Shown: positions 1 to 10,056, counted from the stretch's first letter. The stretch is DNA of 64,000 nucleotides from an uncultured Pseudobdellovibrionaceae bacterium (GCA_963803705.1 CAWDNU010000003.1:192001-256000); one strand, 5' to 3'. Notes: generated by a model from the letters alone, not told the origin. Translations and numbers: made by a program.

Positions 1-1304
1 TTCATAGCAGAAACAAATTCCATTAGCATATCACTTGCACTTGGCGAAACTATTGTCGCCCCCAAAATTTTGTCACTCCCTTTTTTAGTCAAAACTTTTA
101 CAAAGCCTTCGGTTTCTGATTCAGCCACTGCACGGTCATTTTTTTCTAAATTGTAAATAGTTGCTTCATATTCAACCTGGTCCTCCTTTGCTTTTTGTTC
201 AGTTAACCCAACAGTTGCTACTTCTGGATCTGTGAACGTAGCCCAAGGGACTACAGAGTAATCAACTTTAAACTTTTTGAAGGGTTGAAACAAACTATTG
301 ATTGATGCAAACCAAGCCTGGTGGGAAGCCATATGGGTGAACTGATATGGTCCTGCTACATCTCCGCAAGCAAAGATATTTTTATATTTTGTAGTTCTTA
401 AATACTTATCAACCTTCAATGTTTTCTGAGGCTCAAGTTCAAGCCCCAGGTCCTCTAGCCCCATGTTCTCGGTGTTTGCTTTACGTCCTAAAGCAAGTAA
501 AACCATATCAAACTCGATACTTTCTGTTTGGCCGTCGGCGGTCTCAATAACTAAAAATTGCTTTTCGTCTTTCTTATAAAAACTTTTAGCTTTGCAGCTT
601 GTATAAAGTTTTATACCTTCGCTACGAAACTTTGCTTCTATGACTTTTGAAACCTCTTCGTCCTCTTTGGTCATTAACCTAGGTGCTAATTCAATCTGTG
701 AAACATCAGAACCAAATCTGGCAAAGCATTGAGCCAATTCGCAGCCAATTGCACCGCCACCTAGAACAATAAACTTTTTAGGCAAAGATTTTAACTTCCA
801 CAAAGTATCAGATGTTACAAAATTAATGTCGTCCAACCCCTCAAAGGGTGGAATCACAGGCCTTGCCCCAGATGCTATCACTATATTCTTTGTGGTCAAA
901 ACCTTGCCGTTGACTTCAACTTGCCACGGGGACTTTATTTTGGCCTCACCTTTAAAACATTCGACCCCTAAGCTTTCATAACGCTCAACAGAGTCATGGG
1001 GTTCAATTTTTTTTATAACACTGTGAACTCGGTTCATAATATCTTTAAAATCAAACTCTATATCAACTTTCTTTAAACCATATTTCTCAGCGTTTTTTGC
1101 CATTCCAAAAATCTTAGCGGATTTGATCAAAGCTTTACTTGGTACACAACCGGTATTTAAACAGTCGCCACCCATCTGATGCTTTTCAATCAAAGCTACT
1201 TTAGCTTTTAAAAGTGAAGTGATATATGAGGTCACAAGCCCTGCGCTTCCTGCGCCGATCACCACAGAATTGTATTCAAATTTTTTAGGCTTTGAAAATT
1301 TCAT
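1..1304 (-). CDS. FAD-dependent pyridine nucleotide-disulfide oxidoreductase (mercuric reductase/LPD-like); runs off the window start
   Basis: Not in the ORF track. Manual translation from ATG 1304: MKFSKPKKFEYNSVVIGAGSAGLV...MGGDCLNTGCVPSK (GxGxxG and redox CxxxxC), LGGGAIGCELAQ, GDVAGPYQFTH. Confidence 0.9.
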   Translation of the reverse strand, partial: MKFSKPKKFEYNSVVIGAGSAGLVTSYITSLLKAKVALIEKHQMGGDCLNTGCVPSKALIKSAKIFGMAKNAEKYGLKKVDIEFDFKDIMNRVHSVIKKIEPHDSVERYESLGVECFKGEAKIKSPWQVEVNGKVLTTKNIVIASGARPVIPPFEGLDDINFVTSDTLWKLKSLPKKFIVLGGGAIGCELAQCFARFGSDVSQIELAPRLMTKEDEEVSKVIEAKFRSEGIKLYTSCKAKSFYKKDEKQFLVIETADGQTESIEFDMVLLALGRKANTENMGLEDLGLELEPQKTLKVDKYLRTTKYKNIFACGDVAGPYQFTHMASHQAWFASINSLFQPFKKFKVDYSVVPWATFTDPEVATVGLTEQKAKEDQVEYEATIYNLEKNDRAVAESETEGFVKVLTKKGSDKILGATIVSPSASDMLMEFVSAM

Positions 1305-1442
1305 CGGGTAGCTCCAGCGGTAAAAAAGTTAGTATCAGTCTAATAGTTAAGACGGTCTAAGGACAAATTATTAATTAGGGGTATAGAATAGCCTTGCTAT
1401 TCATTAATTGAATAGATCGAAGGTAAAGGCCACGATGAAGGG

Positions 1443-2150
1443 TCAGTTATTAGTGATCTGAATATTTTTCTTACGGTTAATAAAACCAATGACTTTCTTA
1501 ATAGCCAGTGGAAACAACCCTAAAAGTACAAAAGATAAAATGAGAGCTGGTGATACTATATCTTTGGAAGACTCTATCTCAGAAATCTGAGTGCCAGCGT
1601 TGACGTAGATTGCAGTTCCAGGAAGCATCGCAATTTGACTGACCCAATAGTATGTCCAAAATCTTATTGGAGTTAATCCCATTAATAGATTAACCAAAAA
1701 AAAAGGAAAAATGGGCATTAACCGCAAGGTAAAAAGGTAATATGCACCTTCCTTTTTTACCCCCTGATTAATTCGTTCGATTTTAGATCCAAAATTATTT
1801 TGGACCCAGTCTTTTAAAAAATAGCGAGTAGCTATGAAAGCAAGACCGGCGCCTATAGTGCTTGCAAATGAAGAAAGTAGGGTCCCAAGGCCAAAGCCAA
1901 AAATTAGCCCAGATGCTAATGTCAAAATAGCTGCTCCTGGTAAACTTAGAGCAGTGCTTGCAACATAGATTATAAAAAATCCTGAGCAGGCAAGGATTAA
2001 GTTGTTATTAGCCCAGGCTTTTAGTGCTTCATTATTTTGCTTTAAAGACTCAAAAGTAAGGTACTTATGGCCACCGAAATAGAAAAAAATGAAGAAAACA
2101 GTTAATATGAGGGCTAGAAGGCCCAATTTCTTACAATTTTTTGAACTCAT
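1443..2150 (-). CDS. TVP38/TMEM64 (DedA/SNARE-associated) membrane protein
   Basis: SLPGAAILTLASG, LRLMPIFPF and LPGTAIYV motifs; hydrophobic. Confidence 0.9.
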   Translation of the reverse strand: MSSKNCKKLGLLALILTVFFIFFYFGGHKYLTFESLKQNNEALKAWANNNLILACSGFFIIYVASTALSLPGAAILTLASGLIFGFGLGTLLSSFASTIGAGLAFIATRYFLKDWVQNNFGSKIERINQGVKKEGAYYLFTLRLMPIFPFFLVNLLMGLTPIRFWTYYWVSQIAMLPGTAIYVNAGTQISEIESSKDIVSPALILSFVLLGLFPLAIKKVIGFINRKKNIQITNN

Positions 2151-2275
2151 TGCTAATCCTTATAGTGACCTGGGCTTAAAACTGTTTTATGAAAGTCCGT
2201 ATCAGTTAGAGCTAGTATAGTTTAAATTGAAGCGAAGTTGGTATTCAAAACGTTTTTACTCGCTGAGACAAACGT

Positions 2276-2294
2276 AATGAAAATCACTTGTATT
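2276..2294. promoter_or_regulatory. Possible Fur-family operator upstream of folE2-fur-uvrA
   Basis: AATGAAAAT-C-ACTTGTATT resembles the 9-1-9 Fur box AATGAGAAT-N-ATTCTCATT; the right half is weak. Confidence 0.3.
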
Positions 2295-2404
2295 AAACTT
2301 TGACTCAGTTTAATGTCTTCTAAACTAGTTTAATAAGTGTTAAACTCAAGTATTAACAAAATTCAATCGCATGTAGTTGTTAACATTAAATTTAAAGGTA
2401 AATA

Positions 2405-3355
2405 ATGAAAACGGTATCAGCACAGTCATTTGGCTCTCAATCAAAAGCCTCTATGCCTGATGTTACAAGCGCGCAAAAGTCTAACTTTCAAATTCCACTA
2501 GACTGGGTTGGTATGGGCGAGGTTGAAACTGCTCTTCTACACGATTCGGGCGACGGCCTTTTTCTGTTACCTGCGAAAGCAAATATTTATGTAAATCTTG
2601 TTGATCCAAATGCGAAGGGCATTCACATGTCTAGGATTTATCTGTTAGCGACTCAAGAGTTGGAAAAAAATAATGTAACTTCAAAAAGCATCCGGACTCT
2701 TTTAGAAAAAATGGTCTCAAGCCAAGATGGGCAAAGTAGTCAAGCTAGAATTAATTTGAATTTTGAATTTCCCGTTAAAAGAAAAGCTTTGATGAGCGAC
2801 TTGGAAGGACTAAGGCATTATCCGATTTGCTTGGACTGGGAGTTGGACAAAGATGGGAATGTAACTCAAATTCTACAGTTGGAAGTCATATACTCAAGCA
2901 CTTGTCCATGTTCTGCAGCTTTAGCTAGGCAGCTGATAAAAAACAAATGGATTACAGATTTTAAATCATCCGAGTCTGTTTCTGTCGAAGAGGTTGCTAA
3001 CTGGTTAGAGCAAGAGAAGTCAATAGTTGCCACCCCACACGCGCAACGAAGTAGAGCTATTGTTAGATTAAAAATTGGCAACTCACAGGATATTGATTAC
3101 ATAAAATTTATCGATATTTTGGAAACAACTTTAAAGACACCAGTTCAAACTGCGGTTAAACGTGAAGACGAACAAGAGTTTGCACGGTTAAACGGCTCTC
3201 ACTTGATGTTTTGTGAAGATGCCGCCAGAGAGATTTACTCAGCTTTAAAAATGAACGATAGCATTGAAGACTTTTGGTTAAGAGTAGAGCATTTGGAGAG
3301 TTTACATTCTCACAATGCCGTAAGTGAAACGTCTAAATATGGGCGAAAAATTTAA
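2405..3355 (+). CDS. folE2: GTP cyclohydrolase IB (FolE2)
   Basis: KGIHMSR, YSSTCPCS, PHAQRS, VKREDEQ, FCEDAAR, ESLHSHNA. Confidence 0.95.
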   Translation: MKTVSAQSFGSQSKASMPDVTSAQKSNFQIPLDWVGMGEVETALLHDSGDGLFLLPAKANIYVNLVDPNAKGIHMSRIYLLATQELEKNNVTSKSIRTLLEKMVSSQDGQSSQARINLNFEFPVKRKALMSDLEGLRHYPICLDWELDKDGNVTQILQLEVIYSSTCPCSAALARQLIKNKWITDFKSSESVSVEEVANWLEQEKSIVATPHAQRSRAIVRLKIGNSQDIDYIKFIDILETTLKTPVQTAVKREDEQEFARLNGSHLMFCEDAAREIYSALKMNDSIEDFWLRVEHLESLHSHNAVSETSKYGRKI

Positions 3356-3384
3356 AAATTATGATAAAAAATCAAGGAGAGGTT

Positions 3385-3939
3385 ATGCAAAGTTTATATA
3401 AAGATTTACCAGTTGGAAGTAACAACCTAGCCGACGACGGCGTACCGTCCCTGATCAGGGGCGAGCAAAATCCCAAGGAAGAGTTAGTTACACGAGAAAG
3501 GCTTGATTCTAAAGCTTTCAAAAGAATGATTAGAGACATGAGTTTGAAAGTTACCAAGCAAAGGTTAGCAATTTTGGAAGCCCTAAATATGGGGCAAGCA
3601 CACGTTACAGCTCAGGAAGTTTATGAGATCGTAAATATCAAACATCCAGAAATTGGTTTTGCTACAGTCTATCGTTTTTTGCGAAAACTGACTGACAATA
3701 AGTATGTAACTGAAGTTCGAATGGGTGGCATGCCAGCAAGGTACGAACTCTCACCCAACAATCATCACGATCACATTACTTGCATAGGTTGCGGTAAGAT
3801 CGTTGAATTTCAAAATGATCAAATTGAAAGGTTGCAGATAGAGGTTGCCCAGAAACACGAATTTATTTTAACCAGCCACGTCTTAGAGTTATACGGTGTG
3901 TGCGGTAATTCAAGCTGTCGCTCCAAGCACGCAAAGTAG
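3385..3939 (+). CDS. fur: Fur-family metal-responsive regulator with N-terminal extension
   Basis: KVTKQRLAIL, IGFATVYRFL, HHDHITCIGCGKIVEF, C-terminal Cys pair. RBS GGAGAGG before ATG 3385 (track start 3361). Confidence 0.85.
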   Translation: MQSLYKDLPVGSNNLADDGVPSLIRGEQNPKEELVTRERLDSKAFKRMIRDMSLKVTKQRLAILEALNMGQAHVTAQEVYEIVNIKHPEIGFATVYRFLRKLTDNKYVTEVRMGGMPARYELSPNNHHDHITCIGCGKIVEFQNDQIERLQIEVAQKHEFILTSHVLELYGVCGNSSCRSKHAK

Positions 3940-3942
3940 TAA

Positions 3943-6555
3943 ATGAATAATTACATTCGTGTGAAAGGTGCCAGCGAGCATAATTTGAAAAATGTTTCCG
4001 TGGATATACCTAAAAACAGTTTAGTAGTGATTACTGGTCTTAGCGGAAGCGGGAAATCTTCTCTTGCTTTCGACACTATATATGCCGAGGGTCAACGCCG
4101 TTTCCTAGAAGGTCTGTCAAGCTTTTCTAGGCAGTATATGGTGCAATTTAAAAAGCCACAGGTTGAGTCTATTCAGGGTTTAACGCCTGCTATCGCCATT
4201 GAACAAAAAACCACCAATACCAGTCCAAGATCCACAGTAGGTACTATTACCGGAATCTACGATTTTTTGCGTCTGCTTTTCGCTCGGGTGGGCGTAGCCA
4301 AGTGTCCAAAACACGGGGTAGATGTTAAGTCTTCGGATACAGAAACAGTTTTGGGTCTGCTTTTATCTTCTTATATCGGTAAAAAAATTCAAATCTTAGC
4401 TCCGGTCGCAAGTCAAAAAAAGGGTGAATTTCAAAAAGAACTTCGGTACTGGGAGTCTAAGGGCTTTTTGCGTGCTCGTATTGACGGGAAGTGGGTGGAA
4501 CTTGCTGAAGTAATCAAGTTAGCAAAAACCAAACCACATGACATTGAGGTGTTAGTAGACCAGCTGCCTGTTCAGGAAAAGTTTAGTCACAGAATAAAAA
4601 GTAGTTTAAACCGAGCTTTCGATATTGCATCCGGATTGGTTACTGTGGTTTTTTTAGACTCTGACGAAAAGAAACTATTTTCTTTAGATGCCTCTTGCCC
4701 AGAGTGCGGTTATAGTTTTCCAGATTTAGATCCCAACCATTTTAGTTTCAACAATCCAAGAGGCTCTTGTGAAGAGTGTAAAGGCCTTGGCACAACTGAT
4801 ATTCAAGAAGAGTCGGTGCTGCTTGATGGTTATGATGGGCAGAAGTCGAGTGTTTCAAAATTTAAGTATGTAGGTAATGAGTCAGCTAAAGGTGATCATT
4901 CGGACGAAGACAACGAAATACCTAATCACCTAAGGCCTTGTAAGGCTTGCGAGGGAACTCGACTTAATATGAAAGCTTTGAATGTTTTCATCTTTGAGAA
5001 AAATATATCCGAACTTTCACACATGTCGTTGTCTAAACTTAGAAGTTTTTTTGGTGATTTAATGTTACAGGGCCGAGACAAAGAGGTTGGCGATAAAATA
5101 ATCTTACAGATTCTAAGTCGTCTTACTTACATAGATAATATAGGAGCTGGATACTTATCGCTATCTAGAACGTCTTCAACCTTATCAGGTGGCGAAAGTC
5201 AGCGGATACGCTTGGCCACACAGTTGGGAGCATCGATGGTCGGTGTGCTTTATGTCCTAGACGAGCCTTCGATAGGCCTTCATCCCAGGGACCACCATAA
5301 GCTTCTTAGTCATTTAAACGAGATTAAAGACCGAGGAAACACTATTATTGTGGTAGAGCATGATGAAGAGACAATGCAGAGCGCAGATTTTATTGTAGAT
5401 ATCGGGCCTCGTGCCGGCGAGTATGGTGGCGTAATTCAAGCCACTGGCGATCTTGAAAGTATCAAAAGTAATCCTGACAGTTTAACCGGGCAGTACCTGA
5501 GCCACGTAAAAAATATTCCTTTTCCCCAAGTGAGAAGGTCTAAAGCTAAATCTGAATTGCATTTGAAAAAAGCGAGCGGTCATAATTTAAAAGACGTTGA
5601 CGCATATTTTCCGTTGGGACATCTAATCGGAATCTCTGGGATTTCGGGCAGTGGTAAGAGCACTTTAATTATCGACACTTTATATCCGGCTTTAAGCCAG
5701 AGCGTTTACGGTTTCAACAAATATTCCGAGCCTTTCGAATCCTTAACTGGTTATGAAGATATCGACAAAGTTATACGAATTAATCAAAACCCGATTGGCA
5801 GAACTCCGCGTTCAACACCCGCAACTTATGTTGGGCTATTTCCATTAATTAGAGATTTATACGCTAGGCTTCCTGATGCAAAGGTTCGCGGATTTAAACC
5901 TGGACACTTTAGTTTTAATGTTAAGGGCGGTCGCTGCGAGACTTGTAAGGGGCATGGTCAGGCTAAAATAGAAATGCATTTCCTAACTGATGTTTACGTG
6001 CCTTGTGAGGATTGCAGAGGGCGGCGCTATAATGGCAGTGTTTTAACTGTTAAATTCAAAGATAGAAGCATCGCTGACATATTAGAAATGTCGGTGACCG
6101 ATGCAAAAGATTTTTTTAAAAATCAAATAAAGATTTACGCTAAGCTTAAAACTTTAGATGAAGTAGGCCTAGGTTATTTAAGGTTAGGACAAAGCTCTTT
6201 GACCTTATCTGGTGGTGAAGCTCAAAGGGTTAAACTGAGCAGAGAACTTTCTAAAAGATCAACGGGAAAAACCTTCTACATTTTAGACGAACCAACAACA
6301 GGCCTTCACTTCGAAGATATAAAAAAACTAGTAGAATTGCTACACCGCCTGGTTGACCAAGGTAACACTGTAGTTGTTATAGAACACAATATGGACGTGC
6401 TTAAAAACTGCGACCACATTATTGAGTTGGGTCCAGAAGGCGGCGAGCAGGGTGGTTTGATAACTTTTCAAGGGACCCCAGAGAAGCTAGCAGTTCATAA
6501 GAAAAGTTTTACCGCGCCTTTTCTGAAGAAATCCTTAAGTCTTCAGACTACCTAA
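3943..6555 (+). CDS. uvrA: Excinuclease ABC subunit A
   Basis: Two Walker A motifs (GLSGSGKS, GISGSGKS), two LSGGE signatures, Zn-binding CxxC pairs. Confidence 0.95.
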   Translation: MNNYIRVKGASEHNLKNVSVDIPKNSLVVITGLSGSGKSSLAFDTIYAEGQRRFLEGLSSFSRQYMVQFKKPQVESIQGLTPAIAIEQKTTNTSPRSTVGTITGIYDFLRLLFARVGVAKCPKHGVDVKSSDTETVLGLLLSSYIGKKIQILAPVASQKKGEFQKELRYWESKGFLRARIDGKWVELAEVIKLAKTKPHDIEVLVDQLPVQEKFSHRIKSSLNRAFDIASGLVTVVFLDSDEKKLFSLDASCPECGYSFPDLDPNHFSFNNPRGSCEECKGLGTTDIQEESVLLDGYDGQKSSVSKFKYVGNESAKGDHSDEDNEIPNHLRPCKACEGTRLNMKALNVFIFEKNISELSHMSLSKLRSFFGDLMLQGRDKEVGDKIILQILSRLTYIDNIGAGYLSLSRTSSTLSGGESQRIRLATQLGASMVGVLYVLDEPSIGLHPRDHHKLLSHLNEIKDRGNTIIVVEHDEETMQSADFIVDIGPRAGEYGGVIQATGDLESIKSNPDSLTGQYLSHVKNIPFPQVRRSKAKSELHLKKASGHNLKDVDAYFPLGHLIGISGISGSGKSTLIIDTLYPALSQSVYGFNKYSEPFESLTGYEDIDKVIRINQNPIGRTPRSTPATYVGLFPLIRDLYARLPDAKVRGFKPGHFSFNVKGGRCETCKGHGQAKIEMHFLTDVYVPCEDCRGRRYNGSVLTVKFKDRSIADILEMSVTDAKDFFKNQIKIYAKLKTLDEVGLGYLRLGQSSLTLSGGEAQRVKLSRELSKRSTGKTFYILDEPTTGLHFEDIKKLVELLHRLVDQGNTVVVIEHNMDVLKNCDHIIELGPEGGEQGGLITFQGTPEKLAVHKKSFTAPFLKKSLSLQTT

Positions 6556-6580
6556 AAGTTGAATCATTTTTTTAAAATTT

Positions 6581-7318
6581 TTGTCTCAGAAAGAGAAAGA
6601 TTTAATATTTTCATTAAATAATAATCAACTAGACCCCGATAAAGGTATTGATATTGCGGGGCACGTTGTGAGTTGGAATGATATACCTGATTGGTCAAAA
6701 CCTGTTGTTAAGTCAATTTTAGAAACTGTAAGGGCCAAAGACCCTTATACTTTTTTTCACTGTTGTCGTGTTGGTAGAAGCGCTAGGCTTTTAGGTAAGG
6801 CAGCCGGTATGAATGAATACGAACAGGTGGTTTTAGAATATGCTGGACTTTTACATGATGTTGGTAAGATTGGAATTCCTGACAACATTTTACTTAAACC
6901 TGCAAAGCTAAATACAGAAGAGATTCATATGATGAATATGCATCCGATAAAAAGCTTGCAGATAATCAAACCTTTGATGACTCAAAATTTTTTCAAGGAC
7001 GTAGCAGTGGGCGTAGAGCTCCATCATGAACGCCCGGACGGTCGGGGTTATCCTTATGGTCTGAGTGCAAATAATATTTCAGAGCTCGTTAAAATGATAA
7101 GCCTGGTTGACTCGATAGATGCTATGACTAGCGTAAGACCTTACAGAAAGCCACTGTCTGATCAAGCGTGCATTGATGAGATAACAAAAAATGCTGGTAC
7201 CCAGTTCGATGAACAGCTGGTAAAAATTTATATTAAGTCCAATCCATTTTTTAAAAAAGAAATTGATTCCATTAAATCACAGGATCAAATCGCACATTCG
7301 CTTCTTGTCGCCGCTTAA
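6581..7318 (+). CDS. Stand-alone HD-GYP domain protein (cyclic dinucleotide phosphodiesterase-like)
   Basis: LHDVGK, HHERPDGRGYP, DAMTSVRPY. Confidence 0.9.
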   Translation: MSQKEKDLIFSLNNNQLDPDKGIDIAGHVVSWNDIPDWSKPVVKSILETVRAKDPYTFFHCCRVGRSARLLGKAAGMNEYEQVVLEYAGLLHDVGKIGIPDNILLKPAKLNTEEIHMMNMHPIKSLQIIKPLMTQNFFKDVAVGVELHHERPDGRGYPYGLSANNISELVKMISLVDSIDAMTSVRPYRKPLSDQACIDEITKNAGTQFDEQLVKIYIKSNPFFKKEIDSIKSQDQIAHSLLVAA

Positions 7319-7354
7319 CCACACATTTAACATTTTTTTTAAAAGGACTCCTAA

Positions 7355-7867
7355 ATGTTAGTCACCAAAAAAAAGATAAATTCATTTGTAGGCTCTGTAG
7401 TTTTAAGCCTTGTAGCTACTCTATTTCTAACTCCTCGGCTAATAGCAGGCCCTTTTGCCCCGGACCAAATGTTTGAAGATCCAGGAGTTGAATCCTTTAA
7501 AAGCCAAATAGACTTTTCTGAAGAAGATATTTCTAAAGAAAAATTAATCGTGGATCTTCTTGGCGCAAGTGTAGTCCAGTTGGAAACTAACATGCTCAAT
7601 CTTAGAAAATGCACCAACCAGTTCCAAACGGAGCATTGCGAAAATTTTTTATCGTATTGTTTGGCAAGCTCCGAAAATGTATACGCCATTCAAAAAACTT
7701 TAGATATGATCCAAGCTCATGTGATCCAACCTGTCTCTACTTCTAGCTCTAGAAAAATTAGTAGTATTGTCCAGTTTGATTTCGATTCAAACGATCTAGC
7801 AAATTATAAAGCTTTGAAGTTTAAATATAAATTTTTGGATGAAGAAAAAAATAAAATATGTAAATAG
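7355..7867 (+). CDS. Hypothetical exported protein
   Basis: 170-aa ORF with a basic N-terminus plus hydrophobic segment. Confidence 0.6.
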   Translation: MLVTKKKINSFVGSVVLSLVATLFLTPRLIAGPFAPDQMFEDPGVESFKSQIDFSEEDISKEKLIVDLLGASVVQLETNMLNLRKCTNQFQTEHCENFLSYCLASSENVYAIQKTLDMIQAHVIQPVSTSSSRKISSIVQFDFDSNDLANYKALKFKYKFLDEEKNKICK

Positions 7868-7870
7868 CAT

Positions 7871-8482
7871 TTAGCCATCAACTAAGTTTTCTAATTGCTT
7901 TAGATACTTTAAACATTTGATCATGGGTAAGCCTTCGATTGAGCTGAGGTCTTCTGACTTTATTATGTCTAATAAAGTGTGTCCTAAAGATTCAAATTTG
8001 TAACCACCAGCGCAATCAAAAGGTTTATCCTTTTTTACATAAGCCAAAATTTCTAGGTCGGTTAAGGGTTTCATTTTTAATTCGGTGTGATCCAAAAACT
8101 CAATGTACTTTAGGTTTTCATTTTCATTTATCTGATAGATTAAGCAAACAGCAGTGATTAACGTGTGAGATTTGGACTGAAGCTTTTTTAGATGTTCCAA
8201 ATTATTTTCTAAAGAACCTGGCTTGTCCAAAAGCTGGTCTTCGAACACACAGATTTGGTCAGATCCGATAATAGTAAAAGGAGCTTTGTAAATTTTTTTT
8301 AGAGCAACAGATTGACTTTTAAGTCTTGCAAGTTCTTGAGCCACAAAAGCAGGTTTTTTAGTCATATATCTTTTTTTGATCAAAGACTCATCGACCTCTG
8401 GCTTGCAAACAATTGGATTGAGCCCTGATTTTTTAAGCAGATTTAATCGGTAAGGGGACGAGCTCGCCAATATAAGTTTCAT
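7871..8482 (-). CDS. maf: Maf family nucleoside triphosphate pyrophosphatase
   Basis: LILASSSPYR, IGSDQ, KPG, CAGGY, IEGLP. Confidence 0.93.
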   Translation of the reverse strand: MKLILASSSPYRLNLLKKSGLNPIVCKPEVDESLIKKRYMTKKPAFVAQELARLKSQSVALKKIYKAPFTIIGSDQICVFEDQLLDKPGSLENNLEHLKKLQSKSHTLITAVCLIYQINENENLKYIEFLDHTELKMKPLTDLEILAYVKKDKPFDCAGGYKFESLGHTLLDIIKSEDLSSIEGLPMIKCLKYLKQLENLVDG

Positions 8483-8526
8483 AGTCAAAAGTTGCCAGCA
8501 GAAAAGAATTCAGTCAATAATGTCTT

Positions 8527-9624
8527 ATGGAAACTTATCAGACTTACATTCACAATATTGACCCCTTTTTAATCCAATTTACATCAAGCTTCGGCATACG
8601 TTGGTATGGTTTGGCATACCTTGCAGGTATTGTTTTGGGCTATTTCATTATTTTAAAACTTATTAGAAAGGGTAAGATGCAAATTGGTGAAGAGATTTTA
8701 TCCGACTTCGCAACTTGGATGGCGTTTGGGATCCTAATTGGTGGACGGTTGGGGTACTGCCTATTTTATGCCCCCCATTTATTTTTAGAGTTTGGATCTA
8801 GCCTTCCTTATTGGGGAGTCTTAGAGGTTCATAAGGGTGGAATGGCTAGCCATGGGGGAATTGCCGGTGTTTCGGCTGCTTGTTTCTTTTTCGCTAAGAA
8901 GCACAAGCTTAATTTTTTGCACTGTTTAGATGTTACTGTTTTAGGTGGGTCACTGGGCTTTTTTTTTGGTCGCATTGCAAACTTTATCAATGGCGAGCTT
9001 TATGGGCGAGAAGTAGCCAGCAAAGTAGCATGGGCTGTTAAATTCCCTTCCGAACTAAGGGAGTGGGCGTCCTACACCCCTGTGAAGCTAGAACGCTTAG
9101 GGGCTTTGGTAGAAAGCTTAGGTGCAATTCCTACGAATACAACTGGGGTTCCAAGCTCTATCCAAGCAAGTAGCCCCCAATGGTCAGCCTGGGTTCAGCA
9201 GTACAAAATAAACAGCAATGCAAACTTTAGCGTGAATCAAACCTTAGATTATCTTCAAGCCCAAGTGTATGTTGGCAACGAGACTGTGTTGTCAGGGCTG
9301 CAATGGGTATTGACTGCTAGACATCCATCCCAAATTTACCAAGCTCTGTTAGAGGGGTTATTCGTTTTTATAGCCTTAAACATTGTTTGGTTAAAACCTC
9401 GTCACCCTGGGGTTATTGCGGCGTGGTTTGGAGGGCTGTATGCTGTGGCTCGGATCATCGGCGAACAGTTTAGGATGCCGGATGCATCAATAGGCTATCA
9501 ACTGCTAGGCCTAACGCGTGGGCAGTGGCTAAGTGTTTTTATGTTGCTGGCAGCAGGACTTTTATATTTATACTCTGTAAGGAAAAATGGGACGAAATAC
9601 GGTGGCTGGAATGCCCACAAATAA
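8527..9624 (+). CDS. lgt: Prolipoprotein diacylglyceryl transferase
   Basis: IRWYG, GGRLGY, GGMASHGG, GRIANFINGELYGR, HPSQIY, GQWLS. Confidence 0.96.
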   Translation: METYQTYIHNIDPFLIQFTSSFGIRWYGLAYLAGIVLGYFIILKLIRKGKMQIGEEILSDFATWMAFGILIGGRLGYCLFYAPHLFLEFGSSLPYWGVLEVHKGGMASHGGIAGVSAACFFFAKKHKLNFLHCLDVTVLGGSLGFFFGRIANFINGELYGREVASKVAWAVKFPSELREWASYTPVKLERLGALVESLGAIPTNTTGVPSSIQASSPQWSAWVQQYKINSNANFSVNQTLDYLQAQVYVGNETVLSGLQWVLTARHPSQIYQALLEGLFVFIALNIVWLKPRHPGVIAAWFGGLYAVARIIGEQFRMPDASIGYQLLGLTRGQWLSVFMLLAAGLLYLYSVRKNGTKYGGWNAHK

Positions 9625-9780
9625 GTTTAAATATATGATTCTCTAAGTTATATTCAAGTTTAAGCCTTAAAAAGCTCAGACATACGTTTGTAGCACTTTG
9701 CTTTACAAAGCACTACAATCCGAACTCGTTTTTAAGGCTTAAACTTGAATATAATTTAGAGAATCATCTATTTAAATTTA
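9622..9780 (-). repeat. Long hairpin element, copy 1 (52-bp arms, conserved core on the minus strand)
   Basis: Arms 9622-9673 and 9729-9780 are 49/52 complementary; core shared with copies at 32786 and 62392. Confidence 0.9.
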
Positions 9781-9825
9781 AATTTAAACTTAAACTTAAA
9801 CTTAACCTTAAACTAAAATTAAAAA
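9771..9825. repeat. (YTTAAA)n hexamer tandem run
   Basis: tttaaa x3, cttaaa x2, cttaac, cttaaa, then degenerate units. Confidence 0.75.
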
Positions 9826-10056
9826 TTTAGTTATGAGCTAGGCTCATTTTAATAAGTTAGTGTCTCATATTGATACAAACTTAAAATAATATTTGTGTTT
9901 TCGTAATTTTTATTTTTTGTCTTTTTTGGCTAGGACGAAGTAGGTTGGATTTTAGTGTTTAGGCTATTTTTAGCTGATCAAAAGTTTTTCATCTGCATAA
10001 CTTTTAGATATTTTTATTCATGTATCCCTCTAGTATTCTATAGTTGGGGAAAAGCT

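Noticed and set aside
9862..9876. GTCTCA-N3-TGATAC palindrome-like operator (weaker look-alike at 13740)
   Set aside because: Too few and too degenerate instances to support from this window.
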